Shown here in pieces: positions 13,666 through 23,900 of a DNA stretch of 64,000 nucleotides. Numbering within the stretch: position 1 is the first letter of the stretch; every line of letters begins with the position of its first letter. Position numbers and translations under genes: made by a program. The notes below the pieces were generated by a model, which did not search any database, had not been told where the DNA came from, and was given only the letters and a program-made list of their open reading frames with translations. This stretch comes from Mobula hypostoma (lineage: Eukaryota): contig NC_086097.1 in assembly GCF_963921235.1 (NCBI RefSeq), positions 134,852,001-134,916,000 on the forward strand, in the 5' to 3' direction.

Positions 13666-14483
13666 CTAAAAAAATAAGGCAATTATACTCAGTATTCAGA
13701 TGAGAATCATAAAATATGCAATTTTTAAAAAAGGCGAGCAACTTGCCAGTAAGTTGTACAAGTTGTAGGTTAGCCATATTCTTACGGCTCAGGAAACACT
13801 CTCAAACTTAAACAGATCTATCTATAATCTGAGTTCTCAGAGTTTGAAATATGCTTCAATTAACTCCTGATCAAACACTTGGTGACATTTCGATGTGTCT
13901 GATGACCTTCTGCACATCTGACCATTAAAAACTTTCCCTCAAAGCTCACAGCTTCAAATTCAAATCTCTTAATCTCAAAACTCCATCTTCAACCCAACTG
14001 CTCAGTTTTTTTCTCCTTCTTACTTTAGTACCCAATTTTGTCTTGCTAAGACATCCCACAAACACGTCTGCTGTTTCATCCTGGATTTTTTGAAAAACTT
14101 ATTTACTTCACTGCATCCATTGATGCTGACTGATTCTCAGAAGAAATGGTTGAGGCAGGTTTAGAAACACCATTTAGAAAGTAATTGGACAGGTAAGTGG
14201 ATAAGAAATGTTTATAGTGATATGGGTCAAACATCCCAATATGGGCAAATTGGACTAACTTAGAAGTGAACCTTAGTTGGCATGGACATGTTGGGCCCAA
14301 GGGCCTAATTCTGTGCTATATGACTCTATAATTCCTCCTTCACCCACACCTATTCTCATAGGCCAAAATCCCTGTGCTTTTAATTAATAGTTTTAATGAA
14401 TCTATTATCACTTCCTAGATTATGGATCTCAACTCCTCTCACCATTCAATCTCAGGATAGACCCTACACATCCAGTATATGTA

Positions 14484-14716
14484 GGGCAGCATGGTACTGT
14501 AGCAGTTAGCATAACACTATTACTATGCCAACAACACAGGCTTAATTCCCACTGCTGTCTGTAAGGAGTTTTTATGTTCCCCCATGACTGCATGGGCTTT
14601 CCTCCCATTTCCATAGATGTATGGGTTAGTAGGTTGGACACGTGGGTGTAATTGGGCAGTGCAGGCTCGTTGGGCTGGAAGGGCTAGTTACCATGCTACA
14701 TCTCTAAAACTAAAAA
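14484..14716 (+). mobile_element. V-SINE (HE1-like)
   Basis: GGGCAGCATGGT head, degenerate B box, GTCTGTAAGGAGTTT V-domain, CR1-like 3' end. Confidence 0.65.
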
Positions 14717-14885
14717 TGTCCAGTATTCCTCCATATTATACCTTAACAAAGTAACTTATCCCAGTGTTATATTGGATTTTAGTCGACATCTTGCGCTCAA
14801 CCATTAATGCAAATCAAATACATCTTGGCCACAAACTCCGCCTTTGCCATCAGCTGTTACTTTTATAAACTTAGCTTTCTCTTAC

Positions 14886-14999
14886 CTTGATATCATCCTC
14901 TGTGATGAAACCAGCCTGAACCACCCACCACGGCTCAATAGTAATCTCTACAGGCTTCACTGGTAGCAAATCCCGAGCAGTTTTCCTCCTGAAAAATTT
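14886..14999 (-). CDS. FAM91A1: FAM91A1 exon 6 (KFFRRKTARDLLPVKPVEITIEPWWVVQAGFITEDDIK)
   Basis: CAG acceptor, GTAAGA donor, 114 nt; lies inside ORF-track entry 14871..15065. Confidence 0.97.
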
Positions 15000-15608
15000 C
15001 TGTAATAATATTTCTTCAATGCAATCAGTGAATTGAACACCATTACCAAATGTCATTTTCCTCAAGCAAATTAATTATGCACATTTACACATTAAAAGTA
15101 CTGAGCTCAACATTCTGCTGAGAAGACAATTGATCCACTATGGCCTGCTATCTTTTAGACTCTTAACTTGGCACTGTAAACACAGTTTGAGGTACAGCAT
15201 TTTGCTTTAAATATCAGCTTTTGACTCCTGGATTCCTTGTGGAATCCAATAGGCCAGTGCAGACTCCCCACAACCTGCCAAGAAATCTGCCTGCTGCACC
15301 CTCCTGGGGAAAAATATTCACAGGAGATCTCATATGAAATTCTCAGGTCAGGCAACATCTCTGGATCAGCAGTTCAGATTGCTGATCACTGACCCAGCAA
15401 CCTAAACACTAGGCAAAATTTAAGTTTTGTACTGATGTGGAATGAACCCAGCACATTATGAAGAGCTCAACACTTCACTTGTACCCTGCATCTGGTCACC
15501 ATCTACTCAATAATGGGGGGGGGGGGGGGGAGGAGAAGATGGTGGGAATGGAACTTTACAGAGAATCAAAACAAACAAAAAAATCCTTCAAATTACAATG
15601 GAACTTAC

Positions 15609-15676
15609 TTTTGATGATCTACACTGATTCATGAGGTCAATATACTGGTTCCTTCCAATTCCCAGAAGCCTAAGAC
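15609..15676 (-). CDS. FAM91A1: FAM91A1 exon 5 (CLRLLGIGRNQYIDLMNQCRSSK)
   Basis: TAG acceptor, GTAAGT donor, 68 nt; conserved GIGRNQYIDLMN motif. Confidence 0.97.
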
Positions 15677-16099
15677 CTACATGAAAAGAAAATCCACATC
15701 AATTAATAGTGTTTAAAATGTTTAAAAGCACCTTCAAGATTTACCTCTGCTCTTTCTCATTTCAGCCAGGCTTTGATAAATTGTCACATGCACCAAGGTA
15801 CAATGAAAACCTTGTCGTGCATACCATTCAGATTAATTCATTTCAATGTTGAGGAAGTACATGATAAAACAATAACACAACATAGAATGTTACAGCGAGA
15901 GAAACTACAGTGCAGATAGACAATAAGGTGCAAGGTCATAAAGAGGTAGATATACTAGTTATTCAAAAGCCTAAATTTTATTAAAACAGCTGCAAAAACT
16001 GAAACAACAGGAATTCTGCAGATGCTGGAAATTCAAGCAACATACATCAAAGTTGCTGGTGAACGCAGCAGGCCAAGCAGCATCTATAGGAAGAGATGT

Positions 16100-16135
16100 A
16101 GTCGACGTTTCAGGCCGAGACCCTTCGTCAGGACT
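16100..16135 (-). ncRNA. Minimal type I hammerhead ribozyme motif (minus strand, sense to FAM91A1 pre-mRNA)
   Basis: Reverse complement is identical to the 16169-16204 motif. Confidence 0.7.
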
Positions 16136-16168
16136 AACTGAAGGAACTGAAGAAACCTTCCTTCAGTT

Positions 16169-16204
16169 AGTCCTGACGAAGGGTCTCGGCCTGAAACGTC
16201 GACT
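16169..16204 (+). ncRNA. Minimal type I hammerhead ribozyme motif (plus strand)
   Basis: AGUC-CUGACGA-AGGGUCUCGGCCU-GAAA-CGUC-GACU: helix I AGUC/GACU, CUGANGA and GAAA boxes, GUC triplet, palindromic ACGU in place of helix III. Confidence 0.7.
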
Positions 16205-17145
16205 GCACCTCTTCCTATAGATGCTGCTTGGCCTGCTGCGTTCACCAGCAACTTTGATGTATGTTGCAAAAACTGAAGTCACATTTTTGAAACCTAAATA
16301 TGCACATCTACACTAATTTTAGCATAGCAAAAGATGACTAAACACATAAGGCATTTTTTAATGCCATTTTTTTTTTAAGGCATTTTTTAACATTTTTAAG
16401 GTGACAAACAGCTTACTAAAGAACGAGGTATTAGAGAGATTCTTAAAGAGCCAGAGATATTTTGGAGGTGAATTCTTGAGCTCAAGATGTTTAAAGTACT
16501 GGAATCAACAGTGGCTCAAAGGAAATTGAGTTTGTCTGAAGCCATAATTAGGAAAGCACAAATCTTAGGTTATAAAGAGGTGTTTGCAGAATATACATTT
16601 CTGTTTGGTAATCCAATATTGACACTAATAACATAACTAATGGCATACTTTGAGTCTTTCAGTTATTTTCAAACTACGTATTTGAATATTATGGTTAAAT
16701 ATGACCAAATCCCTAGAGAGGATGGGTTTAGTCAAATTCTGAAATAGCCTCAAGAAGTTCCAAATTTTATATTTGCATAGTTACGACATTCATGTGAGTA
16801 TATGGCATAAACTGTTATTATTGTGACTGCTACAGCAGAGTGTATTCTGCAGTACTTCGATCTATCTCTCAGCACAAAGTTTTCTTTGTTTTTAAAACAA
16901 TAACTATTTCAAATAGTTATTTTTCAAAATTAGTTTTCAGTCATTGACCTCATCTTCGATTGCAGAATACTGAATACTGATTCTAGTCTTTAAAGTTTAA
17001 TTATCTAAATTCTGCTGCATGTGTTCTAACTTATACCAAGTCCCACTCTCACATTTGTTGTTTGTGAGAAGTACTCTTCTAAACTAACAGTTAAAAACAC
17101 TTGCTCTTCTAACAGATGGTTTAACTCCACCACCAAAAGACTTAC

Positions 17146-17203
17146 AATCAGCAGCTGTGAAGTTAGGTAGCGAATCATAACTTTTTTCACTGTTCATGAT
17201 ATC
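17146..17203 (-). CDS. FAM91A1: FAM91A1 exon 4 (DIMNSEKSYDSLPNFTAAD-)
   Basis: TTTTAG acceptor, GTAAGT donor, 58 nt; contains the conserved SYDSLPNFTAAD motif. Confidence 0.97.
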
Positions 17204-17519
17204 CTAAAAGGAAAAAAAAAATTACAAAATTGAGTTATGCATAGTCTCTGGTACTGCATTACAGTCCAAAACTACAGTCCTAAATTACAAATCTACTGGG
17301 AGATATCAGCTAGCTGACAAGGAATGATGCACACTGTAACTTACCAGCTTTGGACAAAATGGCCAGGTTTAAAAGTGCTTTGGTTGGTGCTCCAGAGTAT
17401 ATTTATAATCCTAAACTAATTGATTCTTCCTGCATTTAAAAACTGAAATTAACAAAGTACCACTAACAGCTTTTCATCCACCTTAACTTCAGAATTTTTT
17501 TCTATAGAGTATTGGACTC

Positions 17520-18390
17520 ATTTATTCTCTGTATACCCATGACTGTGTTGCCACCCATAGCTACAATCTGCTACCTAAATTTAGTGATGATACTACATTG
17601 ATTGGCCTAATCTTAAATAATAATGAGACAGTTTACAGAGAAGAAGTCATCACCCTGACACACTGGTGTCAAGAAAACAACCTCTCCCTCAATATCACAA
17701 AAACAAAGGAGCTGGTTGTGGACTACAGGAGGAATGGAAACAGGCTAATTCCTATTAACATCAATGGATCTGGGGTTGAGAGGGTGAACAGCTTCAAGTT
17801 CCTCCGCAACACATCACCAATGATCTCACGTGGTCTGTACACAGCAGCTGTATAGTGAAAAAGGCACAACAGCACCTCTTTCACCTCAGATGGTTGAAGT
17901 AGTTTGGTATGGGCCCCCAAATCCTAAGAACTTTCTACAGGGGCACAATTGAGAGCATCCTGGCTGGCTGCATCACTGCCTGGTATGGGAACTGTACTTC
18001 CCTTAATTGCAGGACTCTGCACAGAGTGGCATGGACAGCCCAGCACATCTGTAGATGTGAACTTCCCACTATTCAGGGCATTTTACAGGGCCCAAGGGAT
18101 CATTGAGAATCCAAGTCTCCCCAACCACAAACTGTTCCAGCTGCTACCATCTGGGAAATGGTACCACAGCATAAAAGCCAGGACCAACAGGCTCCAGGAC
18201 AGCTTCTTCCAGCAGGCATTCAGACTGATTAATTCACGCTGATACAATTGTATTTCTATGCTATATTGACAGTCCTGTCATACATACTATTTACTACAAA
18301 TTACTATAAATTGCATATTTAGACATATGTATAACGTAAAGATTTTTACTCTTCATGTACGTGAAGGATGTAGTCAATTCAATTCAACTC
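17520..18390 (+). mobile_element. Rex1/Babar LINE 3' portion
   Basis: WCQENNLSLNITKTKELVVDYRR, FYRGTIESILAGCITAWYG, LPSGKWYHSIKARTNRLQDSFF; CAATT-repeat tail. Confidence 0.85.
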
Positions 18391-18398
18391 GAAGGTAG

Positions 18399-18572
18399 GC
18401 CTGCTGAGTTCGCCAGCAACTTTTGTGTGTGTTCCTAGTCTATATGCATTTTTCTCTCAGAAAAATAGAGGGCTATGGGTAACCCTAGATAATTTCTCAG
18501 ATAAGGACATGTTTGGCACAGCTTTGTGGGCCGAAGGGCCTGTATTGTGCTGTAGGTTTTCTATGTTTCTAT
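18399..18572 (+). mobile_element. Short composite retroposon: Penelope pLTR piece plus CR1 3' end
   Basis: Flanked by GAAGGTAG direct repeats (18391-18398 / 18573-18580); ends TTCTATGTTTCTAT. Confidence 0.6.
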
Positions 18573-19018
18573 GAAGGTAGTTGATAATGAGAGAAAACAC
18601 TAATGGGGTGGGGTCACTCCACATTATAAGGTTACATATAAGGTTACATTTGCAATAACAAGCTTAGAACAAGAGTTGGGAGAAAGCTCAAATGTAGCAT
18701 AAACACAGCACAGACCAATGGTGAAATAGTCTATTTTGTGTGCTCTGAATTCTGTGCAGAACATTGGGTAATAGAGCACGGAAGAGGCACTTCAGCCTAC
18801 AGTTAGCTCTTTGCTCATGCCAATCAATTAATGCTATTTAGTTAGAAGTCTGTGCTCCAATGAATGTAAGTGCTGGAATCCTAAAGGATGCAGGCTTGCA
18901 TCACTAAAACAAACATCCACAAATTAATGAACAATGGAACCACAGATCTCAGAGTGTGCAATCTTACAGGTTAAGACTTCTGACTGACAGTTTGAAATTA
19001 TTGAATTCTTAAACTCAC

Positions 19019-19170
19019 CTCCATAATTCCTATATAATAGGAAAAAGGTGTGACCCGCAATCCTTTCACCATTATGTCAGATAAATGGTATGGATACAAC
19101 ATGAGATGTTCTCTGCTATACTTAAATAGCTCTTCATAGTATTTGCGTTCATCTTTCTTGATGCATCTAA
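19019..19170 (-). CDS. FAM91A1: FAM91A1 exon 3 (VRCIKKDERKYYEELFKYSREHLMLYPYHLSDIMVKGLRVTPFSYYIGIME)
   Basis: CAG acceptor, GTGAGT donor, 152 nt, phase compatible; translated by hand. Confidence 0.97.
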
Positions 19171-19464
19171 CTGAGGATGTGGGTAGGTTGAAATTTAAAA
19201 AAAGTCAGCAAGGCAGACAAATTAAAAGCACCACCACTTGCCTTAATATAGTTTTTTTCTTACAGATCAATACATAAAGACAACAGATATAATAATTTAA
19301 ACATGTCAAATGTTAAACACCATGCATGCTGGAAATCCAAATTGTATGAAGCAAATGCTGGGCAGGTCACACACAAGGATCTAGTTTCATGTTTCAACAC
19401 AGTGAAGTTTCAATGGTAACAACACACAAAGGTAGAGGAACACAGCAGGTCAGCTAACATAAAA

Positions 19465-20230
19465 CCACAAGTCCATAAGATAGGAACAGAATTAGGCCAT
19501 TTCGCTCATCGAGTCTGGTCCACCAGTTAATCGTGACTGACCCATTTCCCTCTCAGCCCCAATCTCCTGCTTTCTTCTCGCAACCCTTCATGTCCTGACA
19601 ACTCAAGAAACTATCAACCTCTACCTTAAATATACCCAATGACATGGCCTGTGGCAATGAATTATACAGATTCACCGCTCCCTGGCTAAAGAAATTCTTT
19701 TAGCCTGCTGAAGGGATTTGGCCCAAAATGTCGACTGTACTCTCCCCCCCTCCCCCCCCATAGATGCTGCCTGGCTTGCTGAGTTCCTCCAGCATTTTGT
19801 GTGTGCTGCTTGGATTTCCAGCATCTGCAGATATTCTCTTGTTAAAGAAGTACCTCCTCATTTCTGTTCTAAATGGAAGCCCCTCAATTCTGAGGCAGTC
19901 CTTTTGTCCAAGGCTCCCCCACCATTGGAAACGTCCTCTCCGCATCCACTCTATTGAAGCCTTTCAACATTCAATAGGTTTCTATGAGATTCTGCCTCAT
20001 TCTTCTGAATTCCAGTGAATACAGGCCCAGGGCCATCAAATACTCCTCATATTTCAAGCCATTCAATCCTGGAACCATTTTCATAAACTGTCTTTGAACC
20101 CTCTCCAATATTAGCACATCCTTTCTTAGATAAGAGGCCCAAGACTACTCACAATACTCTGCAAGGCCTCAAAAGTGCTTTATAAAGCCTCAACATTACA
20201 TCCTTGCTTTTATATTCTAGTCTTCTCAAA
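19465..20230 (-). mobile_element. CR1 3' fragment interrupted by a Penelope pLTR piece (about 19700-19835)
   Basis: CLRIEGLPFRTEMRRYFF on minus strand; insert CCTGCTGAAGGG..GCATCTGCAGA resembles the 16 kb element. Confidence 0.75.
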
Positions 20231-20424
20231 AAACATCCATGGAGGAAAATGGACAGTCAGGGTAGGAAGAGGGAAGCAGATAAGGTAAAAGCTGGCAAGT
20301 GGATCAGGTGATGGAGGCTGATAGGCAGGTGGCGGAGGTGGTAATGACACAAGACTGAAGAAGATGAGAGGGGATAATGAACCATGGCATAAAGGGGAGG
20401 TGGTGAACCAGTGATAAAGACTAA

Positions 20425-20735
20425 AGATAAAAATTAGCTTTATTTGTCACATATACATTGAAACAGACAGTGAAATACTCCATTTGCATCAAATCAGTAA
20501 GGATTGTGTGTCGTTCCCCCCCCTGCCCCCCAAGTGTCCCTTTGCTTCCAATGCCAACATAGCAAGCCCCAACTTCCAAACCATACATCTTTGGAATGTG
20601 GAAGGAAACGGAAGCACCTGGAGGAGACCCACACAGTCAAGGAGAGAATGTACAAAACTCCAGACAGAGTAGGTGAAATTGAACCCTGATCACTGGCACA
20701 GTAAAGCAATTGTGCTAACCACTACACTACCACAC
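20425..20735 (-). mobile_element. V-SINE with Rex1-like 3' tail
   Basis: Minus strand GTAGTGTAGTGGTTAGC A box, GGTTCAATTTC B box, V-domain GTGTGGGTCTCCTCCAGGTGCTTCCGTTTCC. Confidence 0.6.
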
Positions 20736-20980
20736 CCCTCAGAGGGATAGGTGTGTAGGTGAAGGGTAGATCAAGAGGACAGGAGAGGCAATGGAGATGG
20801 TGAACGTGGCTACTTAGGTTTTAAGCGACACTTGTAGGACAGAGAATTCCAGAGCTCAAACCTCAGGTAGTTGGAGACACTGGAAATCAGGATGCATAAT
20901 CCATGAGTTTATTGTGGAAATAATCTGTTGACCACATAATTTAGGACAGTTTTTACCAAACCAATTTTGCTTAAAGTAAA

Positions 20981-21814
20981 TGTAATGCCCTGGTTAAGAT
21001 TTCTATTCCCATGCTGTAGATATTTCATTTTAGCAGTTTCAGCAAAAGCAATGTATCCCGCTGGTAGAATGGTTTGGTTTTGGCTAGAGATAAGAAGCCA
21101 TGCTGCTCGACCTAGGAATGTTGCATCAGCCATTCAGGATGGCAGAATCAGGAGAAAGTTCTAGAGAGCGGGGCAGAGATACATCTGTGACAGACAGCAG
21201 TCTGGTTCGGGGTCTTTTTTGGCGGGAGCTGTGGAGAGGACAGGGGGCAAGAAGGCTGACAATGCTGGGGGAAGCAGCATCCCTGCTGCACGAAGTGCTT
21301 TGTGCAGATGAATGTCTCCAAAGAGGAAGGCCCAATACTCCCAAGAGAGAGTCCTTTTGTTTGAGATGGATTTCAAGCTAAGTTCGGAATGCAGTGTGTG
21401 CTTTCATGCAGAATGAGGGTCTGGGTAAAAGGACAACTCTAGGATAAGCTCCGACTTTATGTGCACATTTGGACTAGCTTAACTGTAATGGGCCCTTTTT
21501 CTTCTTTTTTCTTTCCTATTAACTGTTCGAGAAAGCCGGTTAGTAAATATACTTTCTTTATAATTTTGTGCAGTGTACAGTCTGTTATTTCTTGCCGACT
21601 GACGATTGTATGTAGGTAGTATTTACACAGCATTCGTTCAAATTGAGGTTTCTTTCATCAGAACATCACAACATGCCTGTTTGGTTGAACCTCAAGCCAT
21701 ACCAACCCTAGACGTACATCGTTTATGAAAGGTGGCTTTCTCACTGCCGAGTTACAGAGTAACAGAGTTGGCTAATGAGCCAAGTTTGCATATGAGCCCA
21801 GTGAAGGGGTCACA
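20981..21814 (+). mobile_element. Solo LTR (834 bp) in FAM91A1 intron 2
   Basis: TGTAA...TCACA termini, 4-bp TSD TAAA (20977-20980 / 21815-21818); orientation tentative. Confidence 0.75.
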
Positions 21815-22039
21815 TAAAGTAACCCTATAAAATGGTAAATTTAACCTTTTCATGTATTTAGACTGGGGTAAGTATGTCAAGACTGTTTCTTATTAAATAA
21901 TACATAATTCTGGAAAAGTGGGCAAGTTCTGAAAGATTTACAAATTCCCATTTGCCTTGACAGTGAGGGCTTGATACTGAAGCACATACAGTTTATAATA
22001 CTGTAGGTCAGACTTCAGTGAACTTATTGTTCTGCTTAC

Positions 22040-22124
22040 CTAAGTTAGTTCTATATCGCAGTTGATTGCGGATGCTGTAGAGCAGGACCTGTTTCTCATA
22101 CTCGCGCTGAGAGTTCCCAAGGCT
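22040..22124 (-). CDS. FAM91A1: FAM91A1 exon 2 (SLGNSQREYEKQVLLYSIRNQLRYRTNL-)
   Basis: Poly-T tract plus GCAG acceptor, GTAAGC donor, 85 nt, in frame with exon 1; matches FAM91A1. Confidence 0.97.
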
Positions 22125-23074
22125 CTGCAAAAAAAAAATTCTTAAGTAATTATCAGAGCTGATAATAGTATTAGCATGAAAAAGCAAATTCTTTAATAGC
22201 AAATCTTAAGAAATTTTTTTGCACAAATATCACCAAATAAAGAATTAATCATGTATTGGAAGCTCAATATTGACAACATAGGACTTCTTGTTCTTTCAAG
22301 TACATTGCAAGATCCTTTATTCTGTCAAAGGAAACAGATGGGGACTTGATTCAATCAATAGCATCTGAGAAAGTGACGGCGCACTGCAGATGAATCGAGG
22401 ACCTCTTCAAGAGGTGGTGCCTCAAGGAGATGACAGCCAACCCTGTCAGTGACAATGCCTGATTTTGAGTTGGAGATTAAAAACTGAATCTTCAGATGCA
22501 AGAGGCAGGATTGTTACCTACTGTTTCACAGTTAACTTTACACAATTTCCCGATGGCAAATAATTATAAGGCACTTCCTTACAGATTAAATTATGGGTCA
22601 TCTGATGCAGAATCATAACTTGATTTTGAAGATTTATGTTGCACTTTTGATCTATTCACCATACCAAAATAATCTAAGGAAAAAAGTACAGTACTGGATC
22701 AATTTGCACTTTAACCCTGATTAATGTTTTGGATTCAATTTGTATTTTAGAAATTAAATATCAAAACTAGGTTAAGACTACAGTCCTGGACTGAAGGAAT
22801 TGAGCATTTTTGGCTGGACTATCCTTCCGATAAGGTGTTAAACAAGGCCTTCAGGATGATCTGAACTGGACAAAAGATTTGTGGCATTATTTCAAAAAAA
22901 GAGCACGGAAGCCTTTCCCCTTCAGTCCCAGCCAATTTTTACCTCTTAACCAATATCATCAAAAATCAGGAACCAAGAAATACAGTAGATGGATGAAGAG
23001 CAGGCTATCAATAAACATTTTGAAGACGACCAAATTTACAACTGAATTAAACACATAAGTACCACAAAAAAATC

Positions 23075-23900
23075 AGAATCAGATTTAACATCACGAGCCT
23101 ATGTCATGAAATTTGTTAAACTTTGCGGCAAAAGTACAATGCAATACATAATAATGTAAAAAGCTGAATTACAATATATACATATCAAATAATTAAACTA
23201 AATAGTGCAAAAATAGAAATAAAAAGGTAGTGAGGTAGTGTTCATGGGTTCAGTGTCCATTCAGAAATTGGATGGCAGAGGGGAAGAAAGTGTTCTTGAA
23301 TTACTGAGTGTGTGCCTTCAGGCTCTTGTACCTTCGTCCTGATGGTAGCAATGAGAACACTGCATGACCTGAGTGATTAGAGTTCTTAATGATGGACGCC
23401 GGTTTTTTTTGAGGTATCCTGTGCAGGATACCGCCCCCCCAAAAAACCCTAATACTAGACAGTGATGTTAGCCAGTTAGAATGCTCTCCACTGTATATAT
23501 GAAGAAATTTGCAAGTGCCTTCAGTGATATTACAATTCTTCTCAAACTCCCAATGAAATACAGCCGTTGCCATGCCTTCTTCGTAGCTGCATCAATATTT
23601 TGTGTCCAGGTTAGATCCTGAGAGATACTGACACTCAGGAACTTGAAGTTGCTCACTCCTTCTGATCCCTCTATGAGGACTGGTGTGTGTTCCCTTGTCT
23701 TCCCCTTTCTGAAGTCCACAATCAGTACTTTAGTTTTACTGACGATGAGTGCAAGGTTGCTACTGCACCACTCAACTAGCTGATATATCTCATTCCTGTC
23801 TGCCCTCTCATCACCATCTGAGATTCTGCCAACAATGGTTGTATCCTCAGCAAATTTATAGATGGTATTTTAGCTGTGCCTGGTCATACAATCATGTACA
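23075..23900 (-). mobile_element. Rex1/Babar 3' fragment
   Basis: VDFRKGK..HTPVLIEG..FKFL..ISQDLTW; LLPSGRRYKSLKAHT; TCTGAT-repeat tail. Confidence 0.85.

Larger units (their letters stand above)
16004..16264. mobile_element. Young Penelope-type pseudo-LTR insertion in inverted arrangement, with hammerhead cores
   Basis: 13-bp TSD TGCAAAAACTGAA (15991-16003 / 16265-16277); 110-bp arms 16037-16146 and 16158-16267 with 2 differences. Confidence 0.85.

Noticed and set aside
16037..16267. miRNA precursor or CRISPR-like repeat
   Set aside because: The stem is too long and perfect for a typical pre-miRNA and is TE-derived with a TSD; there is no repeat-spacer array, and the DNA is eukaryotic.
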